Positions 9,302 through 17,810 of a DNA stretch of 64,000 nucleotides are shown in pieces. Source of the stretch: a virus. Its lineage: Duplodnaviria; Caudoviricetes. The number at the start of each line of letters is the position of its first letter. Position 1 is the stretch's first letter. Under the pieces are notes generated by a model, which had not been told where the DNA came from, ran no database searches, and saw only the letters and a list, made by a program, of their open reading frames with translations. The DNA is taken from positions 1,604-65,603 of IMG/VR virus record IMGVR_UViG_3300036403_000039, one strand, 5' to 3'. A program made the position numbers and the translations under genes.

Positions 9302-9528
9302 ATACCCAAACAACTGAAACCATGATCGATGGCCGTGAAGCCTCCATCGCTCTGCGACTGCCGTATTACTGGTTCCGCGACCCCACGGCACGTTCGCGCT
9401 ACCGCATCCCGCACTACGTTTTGGGCGGTTTGATTCGATACCGTTTGTCCGAACTGTCGGAGTGGGCGGCCAAGAGCTCTGCCGTCAAGGAGTGGCGACC
9501 AGACGATGCACAGGGGGACGACGCATGA
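9298..9528 (+). CDS. Small excisionase-like DNA-binding protein
   Basis: IPHYVLGGLIRYRLSELSEW; ATGA overlaps on both sides. Confidence 0.6.
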   Translation: MNTQTTETMIDGREASIALRLPYYWFRDPTARSRYRIPHYVLGGLIRYRLSELSEWAAKSSAVKEWRPDDAQGDDA

Positions 9529-11810
9529 TCGATTTCAACGACGTGCCTAAATCTCCTGTGCCGGAAAGCCGTGACACCGAGCGTGACGAGATTCGCGCCG
9601 AACTCATGGCACGTCTAGCCGCTGTGCTGATCACACTGTTCCCGGCAGGAAAGCAACGCCGGGGCAAGTTCCTGATCGGTGATGTGTTGGGCAGCCCGGG
9701 CGACAGCCTCGAAGTCGTGCTCGACGGCGATAAAGCCGGACTGTGGACGGATCGCGCCACTGGCGATGGTGGCGACATCTTCGATCTCATTGCACGCCAT
9801 TTAGCGCTATCCGCACAAGCTGACTTCAACCGTGTATTGGATGCCGCTGCTAATCTGCTCGGGCGTGCCCGCTCCGCACCGGTTCGCAAAGGCAAGAAGC
9901 AAACCGCACCCGTTGATGAGCTCGGCCCTGCCACCGCCAAATGGGATTACCTCGACGCCACTGGCAAGCTGATCGCTGTCGTGTACCGCTACGACCCGCC
10001 CGGGCAGAAAAAGCAGTTCCGCCCTTGGGATACCAAGCGACACAAGATGGCACCACCCGATCCACGTCCGCTGTACAACCAGCCGGGCATAGTCAGCGCC
10101 GCACAGGTGGTGCTGGTCGAGGGCGAGAAATGCGCGCAGGCCTTGATCGACGCGGGCGTCAATGCCACCACGGCAATGCACGGTGCGAACGCTCCGGTCG
10201 ACAAGACTGACTGGTCGCCACTGGCGGGAAAGACCGTGCTGATCTGGCCCGACCGCGACAAGCCGGGTTGGGAGTACGCAGCACAAGCGGCGCAGGCCGT
10301 TCTGGCAGCGGGCGCGAAGTCCTGCCACATCCTGTACCCACCTGAAGAGGCAACGGAAGGCTGGGATGCGGCGGACGCCATCGCCGAAGGCTTTGATGTC
10401 GCCACCTTCCTAACACACGGCCCACGCATGCAAATGCACGACGTGGCCGATGACGCCGATCCGGTGGTCGGCAGCGACGAGTCCGTTTGGGGCACCGAAG
10501 ATGCGCTGGCGCTGGCCTTCACCCGGCGCTACCACCGCGACTGGCGCTATGTTGCGGCGTGGGGGCGCTGGCTGGTGTGGGATGGCCAACGCTGGCGCAC
10601 CGAGGACACGCTGGCCGCCACCGACTTGATCCGCAGCGTCTGTCGCCAGGCCGCCGTGCGCGCCGACACCCCCAAGGTCGCGGCCAAGCTGGCCAGCGCC
10701 AGTACGGTTGGCGGCGTCGAGCGACTGGCGCGCGCTGACCGCAGGCATGCCGCCACCACCGACGAATGGGACGCCGATCCATGGCTGCTCAACACTCCCG
10801 GTGGCGTGGTCGATCTCAAGAGCGGCCGCAAGCGTGCGAACGACCGCGCCGACCGGATGACCAAGATCACCACGGCCACGCCGGGTGGCGACTGCCCGCA
10901 ATGGATGGCATTCCTGTCCGATATCACGGGCGGCGACGTTGACCTGCAGGTCTACCTGCAGCGGATGGTTGGCTATTGCCTGACCGGCGTGACCAGCGCC
11001 CACGCGCTTTTCTTCCTATACGGCACTGGTGCTAACGGCAAGAGCGTGTTCGCTAATGTCATCAGCACCATCCTTGGTGACTACGCTGCCACCGCCTCGA
11101 TGGACACCTTTGTCGAAACGCGTGGTGACCGCCACCCGACCGATTTGGCAGGACTGCGTGGCGCGCGCTTCGTGACGGCCATCGAAACCGAGCAAGGTCG
11201 ACGTCTGAACGAATCCAAGGTCAAGGCCATCACGGGCGGCGACAAGATCTCTGCACGCTTCATGCGCCAGGACTTTTTCGAGTACACGCCGCAGTTCAAG
11301 CCTGTCATCGTCGGCAACCACAAGCCTGCCATCCGCAACATCGACGAAGCGATGAAGCGGCGAATGCACATGATTCCCTTCACCGTGACGATCCCGCCCG
11401 AGCGGCGCGATGGACGCCTGACCGAGAAGTTGCTGGCCGAGCGAGACGGGATTCTGGCGTGGGCCGTGGCCGGTTGTCTTGCGTGGCAACGCGATGGCTT
11501 GAAGCCGCCCGCCTGCGTGGTGTCGGCGACCGAGGAGTATTTCGAGGCCGAGGACGCTCTGGGTCGCTGGCTTGATGAACGCTGTGTGCGCGAACCCAAC
11601 GCCAAGTCACTGACTGCCGAACTGTTCACTGACTGGAAACAATGGGCTGAGTCCGCCGGGGAGTTCATCGGCGCGCAACGACGTTTCTCCGACCTGCTCA
11701 TCACACGCGGGATCGAGAAATGGCGTAACGGCATGGGTGTGCGCGGGTTTCAGGGCATTGGCCTCAAGCATCCACCGATGCCCGCATACACCCCCTACGC
11801 GGACAACTGA
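9525..11810 (+). CDS. P4-family primase-helicase (TOPRIM + D5-like SF3 helicase)
   Basis: VEGEKCA and WPDRD TOPRIM motifs; Walker A GTGANGKS; KAITGGDKISARFMRQDFF. Confidence 0.92.
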   Translation: MIDFNDVPKSPVPESRDTERDEIRAELMARLAAVLITLFPAGKQRRGKFLIGDVLGSPGDSLEVVLDGDKAGLWTDRATGDGGDIFDLIARHLALSAQADFNRVLDAAANLLGRARSAPVRKGKKQTAPVDELGPATAKWDYLDATGKLIAVVYRYDPPGQKKQFRPWDTKRHKMAPPDPRPLYNQPGIVSAAQVVLVEGEKCAQALIDAGVNATTAMHGANAPVDKTDWSPLAGKTVLIWPDRDKPGWEYAAQAAQAVLAAGAKSCHILYPPEEATEGWDAADAIAEGFDVATFLTHGPRMQMHDVADDADPVVGSDESVWGTEDALALAFTRRYHRDWRYVAAWGRWLVWDGQRWRTEDTLAATDLIRSVCRQAAVRADTPKVAAKLASASTVGGVERLARADRRHAATTDEWDADPWLLNTPGGVVDLKSGRKRANDRADRMTKITTATPGGDCPQWMAFLSDITGGDVDLQVYLQRMVGYCLTGVTSAHALFFLYGTGANGKSVFANVISTILGDYAATASMDTFVETRGDRHPTDLAGLRGARFVTAIETEQGRRLNESKVKAITGGDKISARFMRQDFFEYTPQFKPVIVGNHKPAIRNIDEAMKRRMHMIPFTVTIPPERRDGRLTEKLLAERDGILAWAVAGCLAWQRDGLKPPACVVSATEEYFEAEDALGRWLDERCVREPNAKSLTAELFTDWKQWAESAGEFIGAQRRFSDLLITRGIEKWRNGMGVRGFQGIGLKHPPMPAYTPYADN

Positions 11811-11828
11811 CCCCATGAAAAACACATC

Positions 11829-11927
11829 GTCTGACGCAGCTGACGCATTTGCACATAACGCTCTATACGCGTGCGCGTGTGCGCGCCTCATGGAGAGTTT
11901 CGACATGCCGTGTCAGCTGCGTCAGAC
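11829..11927. repeat. Perfect 16-bp inverted repeat around a purine-pyrimidine tract; candidate replication origin
   Basis: GTCTGACGCAGCTGAC (11829-11844) / GTCAGCTGCGTCAGAC (11912-11927); centre TATACGCGTGCGCGTGTGCGCGC. Confidence 0.7.
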
Positions 11928-11951
11928 CCGCGCCAAACAAGGACTAACACC

Positions 11952-12428
11952 ATGACAACTACTATCCTCGCCCTTGATCTGGGCACCACCACCGGCTGGG
12001 CGCTGCGCGACAGCGACGGTCACATCACCAGCGGTTCCGAAAGCTTCCGGCCACAACGTTTCGAGGGCGGTGGCATGCGCTTTCTGCGCTTCAAACGCTG
12101 GCTCACTGAAATCAAGCAATCCTGCGACGGCATCAATTACCTGCACTTCGAAGAAGTACGCCGTCACGTCTCGACCGATGCGGCCCACGCCTACGGCGGT
12201 TTTCTCGCAACGCTTACGGCGTGGTGTGAGCACCACCAGATCCCGTACCAAGGCGTGCCGGTCGGCACGATCAAGAAACACGCTACCGGCAAAGGCAATG
12301 CGGGCAAGGCGGACGTGATTACGGCGATCCGTGCGCGTGGCCATAACCCAGTCGATGACAACGAAGCTGATGCTCTGGCCCTGCTGAACTGGGCCATCGC
12401 CCAGCACGCGCTGGAACGGGAGGTGTGA
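11952..12428 (+). CDS. RuvC-like Holliday junction resolvase
   Basis: ILALDLGTTTGWA, FEEV, IKKHATGKGNAGK, DDNEADALA. Confidence 0.8.
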   Translation: MTTTILALDLGTTTGWALRDSDGHITSGSESFRPQRFEGGGMRFLRFKRWLTEIKQSCDGINYLHFEEVRRHVSTDAAHAYGGFLATLTAWCEHHQIPYQGVPVGTIKKHATGKGNAGKADVITAIRARGHNPVDDNEADALALLNWAIAQHALEREV

Positions 12429-12429
12429 G

Positions 12430-12639
12430 ATGAAAGTGCCAACACCACAATACCGTTGCCCACTGGGACGGCTGCAGCCTGACGTTCAGGACGCAGACGT
12501 TATCAAGCAACGCGGATGGCGCGACCAGCATATCCTCGTCGTCAATGCCGATGACGAACGTCTGGATTGGATGGAGCGTGAACTGGTGCGCCAGATCGGC
12601 GAGCGCCTCTACGGTGCAGGAGGACGACGCCATGGCTAA
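12430..12639 (+). CDS. Small hypothetical protein
   Basis: GGAGG RBS; translationally coupled in the operon. Confidence 0.65.
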   Translation: MKVPTPQYRCPLGRLQPDVQDADVIKQRGWRDQHILVVNADDERLDWMERELVRQIGERLYGAGGRRHG

Positions 12640-13045
12640 CCGTCGCAACGCGTGGACTATTGAAGACGTGGCCGCGCGCTTCGAGGAGGCTGCCAGTACT
12701 GGACGACGCTTACCTCCGGTACGTGTGCAAGGCCATTTCAATTGCTGGCCTGCCATCGTGCGCAAGGAGTGGGAGTCATTTGCCGCAGATGAGAAAGTGT
12801 ACCGTCCGTTTCCGCCAAGCCCGGATGCCATCGACCGGATGCTGGAAACGATGCAGTGGGTGCAATGCCTGGAAGTCGAGCAGCGACATCTGGTATGGAT
12901 GCGGGCGAAACGTTATGGCTGGAGGGACATCACGATTCGATTCGCCTGCGACCGCACCACGGCGTGGCGCAGGTGGCAAAAGGCGTTGGAGACAGTCACG
13001 ACAATGCTCAACACTGCCAACGGGCATCAGGCTTCAACTTCCTGA
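12632..13045 (+). CDS. DUF6362-like sigma4/HTH protein (probable late regulator)
   Basis: LVWMRAKRYGWRDITIRFACDRTTAWRRWQKAL; Q-like position before cos. Confidence 0.7.
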   Translation: MANRRNAWTIEDVAARFEEAASTGRRLPPVRVQGHFNCWPAIVRKEWESFAADEKVYRPFPPSPDAIDRMLETMQWVQCLEVEQRHLVWMRAKRYGWRDITIRFACDRTTAWRRWQKALETVTTMLNTANGHQASTS

Positions 13046-13202
13046 GCAACGTAGGGTAATGGGTGATGCGTTTGTCCTTGTCTTGATGCATTTGTCCTTT
13101 TTGGGGACTGCCGGACATGCAACAAAACACCCGGGAGTGGCGTAGTATTTCAGCTATCTTCTGGACAGCGGTGACGGCATAGGAAGTGGCCCAAGGCAAA
13201 AG

Positions 13203-13300
13203 GGGTCCTTCCTTCCCAAATCGCAATGCGGGGGGCGCGAGCGCGGCATTCGCCTAGCGTCCGACTGCAAACCAAGGTTTGCAGGGTTTGCAGTTTGCAC
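13203..13300 (+). other. Lambda-type cos site (cosQ-cosN-cosB-like)
   Basis: GGGTCCT (lambda cosQ heptamer) at 13203, then TGCGGGGGGCGCGAGCGCGGCATTCGC resembling lambda cosN, then GGTTTGCA repeats in both orientations. Confidence 0.7.
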
Positions 13301-13324
13301 CCACTCCAGTTCGCACCCAGCACG

Positions 13325-13363
13325 AGCCCGCCCACGGTTTTTCCGTCGGCGGGCTTTCTATTT
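13325..13363 (+). terminator. Hairpin/terminator between cos and first methyltransferase
   Basis: AGCCCGCC-cACGG-ttttt-CCGTc-GGCGGGCT then TTCTATTT. Confidence 0.55.
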
Positions 13364-13375
13364 GAGGAACCGATT

Positions 13376-14785
13376 CTGAACACGCTCAACGTCGAGTACC
13401 GCAAGGTCGAGGCGCTGATCCCCTACGCCCGCAATCCACGCACGCACACGGATGAGCAGGTGGCCAAGATCGCCGCCAGCATCGTCGAGTACGGCTGGAC
13501 GAATCCGGTGCTGGTGGACGGCGACAACGGGATCATCGCGGGCCACGGTCGCTTGGCCGCCGCGCGCAAGCTGGGGCTCGATCAGGTGCCGGTCATTGAA
13601 CTGGCGCACCTCTCGCCCACGCAGAAGCGCGCCTACGTCATCTCTGACAACCGGCTGGCACTCGATGCCGGTTGGAACGAGGAGATGCTGGCGCTGGAGA
13701 TGGCCGAGCTGTCTGAGGCCGGGTACGACCTCGCCTTGACCGGCTTCGAGGATGCCGAGATCGAGGCCTTGTTCGCTGACGACGTGGAAACCGATGACGC
13801 TGACCAGGAGGCAGGTGCCGACGAGCCGGACGCTGCTGACGATGTGCCGGATGCCCCTGTGGTGCCGGTGTCCTGCACCGGCGATGTCTGGGCCATCGGG
13901 CCCCACCGTCTGATCTGTGGCGACGCCACCGACCCGACCGTCGTCGCCGCGCTGATTCAGGGCGATGCGGCCCGGCTGTGCTTCACCTCGCCGCCCTACG
14001 GCAACCAGCGTGAGTACACCAGCGGCGGTGTCAAGGATTGGGATGGCCTGATGCGCGGCGTGTTTGCCAACGTGCCAATGGCCGACGACGGCCAGGTGCT
14101 GGTCAACCTCGGGTTGATCCACCGCGACAACGAAGTCATCCCGTATTGGGATGCGTGGCTCGGTTGGATGCGCACGCAGGGCTGGCGGCGTTTCGCTTGG
14201 TACGTCTGGGATCAAGGGCCAGGGATGCCGGGGGACTGGGCCGGTCGCTTCGCCCCGAGTTTCGAGTTCGTCTTTCACTTCAACCGCGCCAGTCGCAAGC
14301 CCAACAAGATCGTGCCCTGCAAGCACGCGGGCCAGGAGTCGCACCTGCGCGCTGACGGGTCGTCCACGGCCATGCGTGGCAAGGACGGCGAGGTCGGCGG
14401 CTGGACACACAAGGGGCAGCCGACGCAGGACACGCGGATTCCCGACTCGGTGATCCGCGTGATGCGCCACAAGGGCAAGATCGGTCAGGACATCGACCAC
14501 CCGGCCGTGTTCCCGGTGGCGCTGCCGGAGTTCGTGATCGACGCCTATTCGGACACCGGCGACATCGTGTTCGAACCCTTCGGCGGTAGCGGCACCACCA
14601 TGCTGGCCGCGCAGCGCACCGGTCGTGTGTGTCGCAGCGTGGAGATCGCGCCGGAGTACGTGGATGTCGCCATCAAGCGCTTCCAACAGAACCACCCCGG
14701 CGTGTCGGTGACGCTGTTGGCAACAGGCCAGTCCTTTGACGAGGTGGTCAATGAACGTCTGGCTACCACGGAGGCCACGCAATGA
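13376..14785 (+). CDS. ParB-N fused DNA amino-methyltransferase (SPPY), probable CTG start
   Basis: LIPYARNPRTH...IIAGHGR ParB domain; FTSPPY and EPFGGSGTT; GAGGA RBS precedes ATT-CTG. Confidence 0.88.
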   Translation: MNTLNVEYRKVEALIPYARNPRTHTDEQVAKIAASIVEYGWTNPVLVDGDNGIIAGHGRLAAARKLGLDQVPVIELAHLSPTQKRAYVISDNRLALDAGWNEEMLALEMAELSEAGYDLALTGFEDAEIEALFADDVETDDADQEAGADEPDAADDVPDAPVVPVSCTGDVWAIGPHRLICGDATDPTVVAALIQGDAARLCFTSPPYGNQREYTSGGVKDWDGLMRGVFANVPMADDGQVLVNLGLIHRDNEVIPYWDAWLGWMRTQGWRRFAWYVWDQGPGMPGDWAGRFAPSFEFVFHFNRASRKPNKIVPCKHAGQESHLRADGSSTAMRGKDGEVGGWTHKGQPTQDTRIPDSVIRVMRHKGKIGQDIDHPAVFPVALPEFVIDAYSDTGDIVFEPFGGSGTTMLAAQRTGRVCRSVEIAPEYVDVAIKRFQQNHPGVSVTLLATGQSFDEVVNERLATTEATQ

Positions 14786-16053
14786 GCGCCTCTTGGTTTG
14801 CCGACAAGATCGAGCAGTGGCCGACTGCCAAGCTGCTGCCCTATGCCCGCAACGCACGCACCCACTCGGACGATCAGGTTGCGCAGATCGCCGCGTCGAT
14901 TGCCGAGTTCGGATTCACCAATCCGATCCTCGCAGGAAGCGACGGTGTGATCGTCGCCGGTCACGGGCGGCTGGCTGCGGCGCAGAAACTCGGGCTGGAA
15001 GTTGTACCGGTGGTCGTGCTCGATCATCTGAGCCCCACGCAGCGCCGGGCCCTGGTGATCGCGGACAACCGCATTGCCGAGAACGCGGGATGGGATGACG
15101 CGATGCTGCGCATTGAGATCGCTTCCCTGCAGGACGACGACTTCGACGTGTCACTGACCGGCTTTGATGCCGATGCGCTGGCCGAATTGATGGCAGGCGA
15201 CGAGCCGGATGGCGTCGGCGACACCGATGACGACGCCGTGCCCGAGGTGTCGGAGACGCCGATCTCCCGCCCGGGCGATGTCTGGTTGCTGGGTGGTCAC
15301 CGCCTGCTGTGCGGGGACTCCACCGTGGCCGAGAGCTACGACCGGCTTCTCGATGGCGCGCCGGTGGACATGGTCTTCACCGACCCGCCCTACAACGTGA
15401 ACTATGCCAACAGCGCCAAGGACAAGATGCGCGGCAAGGATCGCGCGATCCTGAACGACAACCTCGGTGACGGCTTCTACGACTTCCTTCTGGCGGCGCT
15501 GACGCCGACCATCGGGAACTGCCGGGGCGGCATCTACGTGGCGATGTCGTCCAGCGAGCTGGATGTGCTGCAGGCAGCGTTCCGTGCCGCTGGTGGCAAG
15601 TGGTCGACGTTCATCATCTGGGCCAAGAACACATTCACGCTGGGTCGGGCCGACTACCAGCGCCAGTACGAGCCGATCCTGTACGGATGGCCCGAGGGGG
15701 CACAACGTCACTGGTGCGGTGACCGCGACCAGGGCGACGTCTGGAACATCAAGAAGCCGCAGAAGAACGATCTGCACCCGACGATGAAGCCGGTGGAGTT
15801 GGTCGAGCGCGCGATCCGCAATTCAAGCCGCCCTGGCAACGTGGTGCTTGACCCGTTTGGTGGCTCCGGCACGACGCTGATCGCCGCCGAAAAGTCAGGG
15901 CGGCTGGCACGGCTGATCGAGCTCGACCCAAAGTACGCGGACGTGATCGTGCGCCGCTGGCAGGAATGGACTGGCAAGCAAGCCACCCGCGATTCGGATG
16001 GCGCGCTGTTCGATGATCAGGCGGCGAGCGACTCCTCGGCGATCTCGCAGTGA
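14782..16053 (+). CDS. ParB-N fused DNA adenine methyltransferase (DPPY)
   Basis: LLPYARNARTH...VAGHGR; FTDPPY, HPTMKP, DPFGGSGTT. Confidence 0.9.
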   Translation: MSASWFADKIEQWPTAKLLPYARNARTHSDDQVAQIAASIAEFGFTNPILAGSDGVIVAGHGRLAAAQKLGLEVVPVVVLDHLSPTQRRALVIADNRIAENAGWDDAMLRIEIASLQDDDFDVSLTGFDADALAELMAGDEPDGVGDTDDDAVPEVSETPISRPGDVWLLGGHRLLCGDSTVAESYDRLLDGAPVDMVFTDPPYNVNYANSAKDKMRGKDRAILNDNLGDGFYDFLLAALTPTIGNCRGGIYVAMSSSELDVLQAAFRAAGGKWSTFIIWAKNTFTLGRADYQRQYEPILYGWPEGAQRHWCGDRDQGDVWNIKKPQKNDLHPTMKPVELVERAIRNSSRPGNVVLDPFGGSGTTLIAAEKSGRLARLIELDPKYADVIVRRWQEWTGKQATRDSDGALFDDQAASDSSAISQ

Positions 16054-16385
16054 ATCACAAAGCCCGTCAGGTAGGGCAAACCGCGCGGGATGCCATATTC
16101 CTTGCTGGTCTGGCGGCCAATCGTCCAGCCCATCCACTGCCGGGTGGCGGCGTTGATGGCATCTGCAAGGGGCTGACCCCGGTACAGCCCGTTTTCTACC
16201 TCGTCGGCAAAGTGGCGTCCGTGGCGGCTGTCGAGGAAGACCCGGACTGATTCGAGGGGCTGACCGGTAGCGTTGGAGATGGCGGTCATCGCCAGGGGCC
16301 ACGCGGTGCTGGCGTGTTCGTTCATCGTGCCCCAAAAGCCCCAGGCATCGTTCTGGGTGGCGGGCATTTGCTGGTTGGTGTTCAT
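16017..16385 (-). CDS. Hypothetical protein (FLDSRHGRHFAD)
   Basis: AAGGAG RBS and conserved upstream motif. Confidence 0.75.
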   Translation of the reverse strand: MNTNQQMPATQNDAWGFWGTMNEHASTAWPLAMTAISNATGQPLESVRVFLDSRHGRHFADEVENGLYRGQPLADAINAATRQWMGWTIGRQTSKEYGIPRGLPYLTGFVIHCEIAEESLAA

Positions 16386-16424
16386 CTCTGGCTCCTTGGG
16401 GTTGATCGTTGCGACACCCGTAGT

Positions 16425-16451
16425 AACGCGCTGTTCGATTGAGAAGCCAAG
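16425..16451 (-). promoter_or_regulatory. Conserved upstream motif, copy 2
   Basis: + strand AACGCGCTGTTC-gattga-GAAGCCAAG. Confidence 0.7.
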
Positions 16452-16483
16452 CTGTTCTTGGCCTCTTTCTCAATCAATTTCGA

Positions 16484-16843
16484 TTACCCGAGACGGGCCA
16501 CGTACCGGGCGTAGTCGCCGCCCTCTGGATTCACGTAAAGGTAGGGGCGACCCGGTGCGGTGACCTCGACGCAAGGATAGCCGTCGCCGGTGTCGCCACC
16601 TTTGCCGCGCAGCCAGTCGCGCGATACCAACAGGCTGCGGGCAAAGGCATCGAACTCGTCGACGGTCAGTTCCTTGGTCTCGGTGACATAGACCTTGGTC
16701 TGACCCTGGCCGCCAACTTCGTCCAAGTCGGCAGGCTTGCGGGCAAACGGCGATCGGACGCTCAGCTCCTCGACCTGGAAGGTGGTGTCGCCAAACTGCA
16801 GGGTGCGCGGGGTGCGTTCGATGGTGATGGTCATGGTGCTCAT
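16484..16843 (-). CDS. DUF6329-like hypothetical protein
   Basis: GGAG RBS before ATG 16843; C-terminal VNPEGGDYARYV. Confidence 0.7.
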   Translation of the reverse strand: MSTMTITIERTPRTLQFGDTTFQVEELSVRSPFARKPADLDEVGGQGQTKVYVTETKELTVDEFDAFARSLLVSRDWLRGKGGDTGDGYPCVEVTAPGRPYLYVNPEGGDYARYVARLG

Positions 16844-16872
16844 GGATGTTCTCCGGGGTGTTGGCGTTGCGA

Positions 16873-17397
16873 TCAGGCTTCTGCGGCGATCCGGTAGACC
16901 CGCTCGCTGCCCTGGGCCTTGTCCGAGACGATGGTCAGCCCGAGCTTCTTCTTGAAGGCACCGGCAAAGGTGCCGCGCACCGTGTGCGCCTGCCAGCCGG
17001 TGGTCTCGCAGATCTGCTGCACCGTTGCCCCTTCGGGGCGTTGCAGCATCTGGATCACGGTGGCCTGCTTGCTGTTCTCGCGGGTGCGGGGCTTGGCGGC
17101 CGCCTTTTCTTGCGCCCACGTGGCCTCGGCTGCCGTCACGGCTGCGTCGAGTTCAGGGTCTGCGGCCACTGGCGCAGGCGTTGGCCGGGCGCGCCCCATC
17201 GCGTCGTAGCCCTCGGCGGCCACGAACCAATGGGTGCCGTCGGATGTGATCAGCGCGCGGTTGAAGAGGCCGTCGAGCACCTTCTTGCGTGCGCCGCCTT
17301 TGATGTTGTCGGGGAACCAGTCGATCTTGCCGTCGGTGTGTTCGAGGGCGTAGGCCAGGATCGCGTGCTGCGACGGGGTCAGTTGTGTGGTGGTCAT
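16873..17397 (-). CDS. DUF3489-family protein
   Basis: SKQATVIQMLQRPEGAT...TGWQAHTVRG...RVYRI; AAGGAG RBS. Confidence 0.85.
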   Translation of the reverse strand: MTTTQLTPSQHAILAYALEHTDGKIDWFPDNIKGGARKKVLDGLFNRALITSDGTHWFVAAEGYDAMGRARPTPAPVAADPELDAAVTAAEATWAQEKAAAKPRTRENSKQATVIQMLQRPEGATVQQICETTGWQAHTVRGTFAGAFKKKLGLTIVSDKAQGSERVYRIAAEA

Positions 17398-17438
17398 TTG
17401 CTTCTCCTTATGCAAGGGGTTGATGGGGTGACGTGATG

Positions 17439-17465
17439 AACGCGCTGTTCGGGAGTGAAGCCAAG
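17439..17465 (-). promoter_or_regulatory. Conserved upstream motif, copy 3
   Basis: + strand AACGCGCTGTTC-gggagt-GAAGCCAAG. Confidence 0.7.
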
Positions 17466-17495
17466 CGCTATCTGCTTGGCTTCGAAGGTTCTTGA

Positions 17496-17693
17496 TCATT
17501 TGTTGGCCTTGTCCGACGTAGCCGTCTTGCGGCCCTGCTCGACGCCCGCGTTGAACGCGGCCTCGAGGGCGTCGCGCAGGCACCAGACCGCCACGTCGTG
17601 GAAATCGAGGCCGTCGGACTTGCGGGTTTCCAGGGTTTCGATGCCCAGCTTGCTTTGCGCGATCTGGGTCAGGAGTTGTTCGAGCTTGTTCAT
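17496..17693 (-). CDS. DUF6900-like small protein
   Basis: LGIETLETRKSDGLDFHDVAVWCLRDALEAAFNAG. Confidence 0.78.
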   Translation of the reverse strand: MNKLEQLLTQIAQSKLGIETLETRKSDGLDFHDVAVWCLRDALEAAFNAGVEQGRKTATSDKANK

Positions 17694-17730
17694 TGCTGCT
17701 TCCTTCGATGGTGTTGATGACGTCCGTATG

Positions 17731-17757
17731 AACGCGCTGTTCCAGAGAGAAGCCAAG
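17731..17757 (-). promoter_or_regulatory. Conserved upstream motif, copy 4
   Basis: + strand AACGCGCTGTTC-cagaga-GAAGCCAAG. Confidence 0.7.
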
Positions 17758-17810
17758 CTGATTTCGAGTGAATGGCGAACAAATGATTGAAGGGGAAACC
17801 GGGTCTCAAA

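Noticed and set aside
13226-13375. N-terminal 50 aa extension of the first methyltransferase in the ORF track
   Set aside because: Overlaps cos and a hairpin; RBS and ParB homology start at about 13376
16001-16014. Fifth copy of the upstream motif (GCGCGCTGTTCGAT)
   Set aside because: Lacks the GAAGCCAAG half, lies in MTase coding sequence and precedes no gene
17731-17757. Sigma54 promoter reading of the TTGGC motif
   Set aside because: No GC at the required GG-N10-GC spacing
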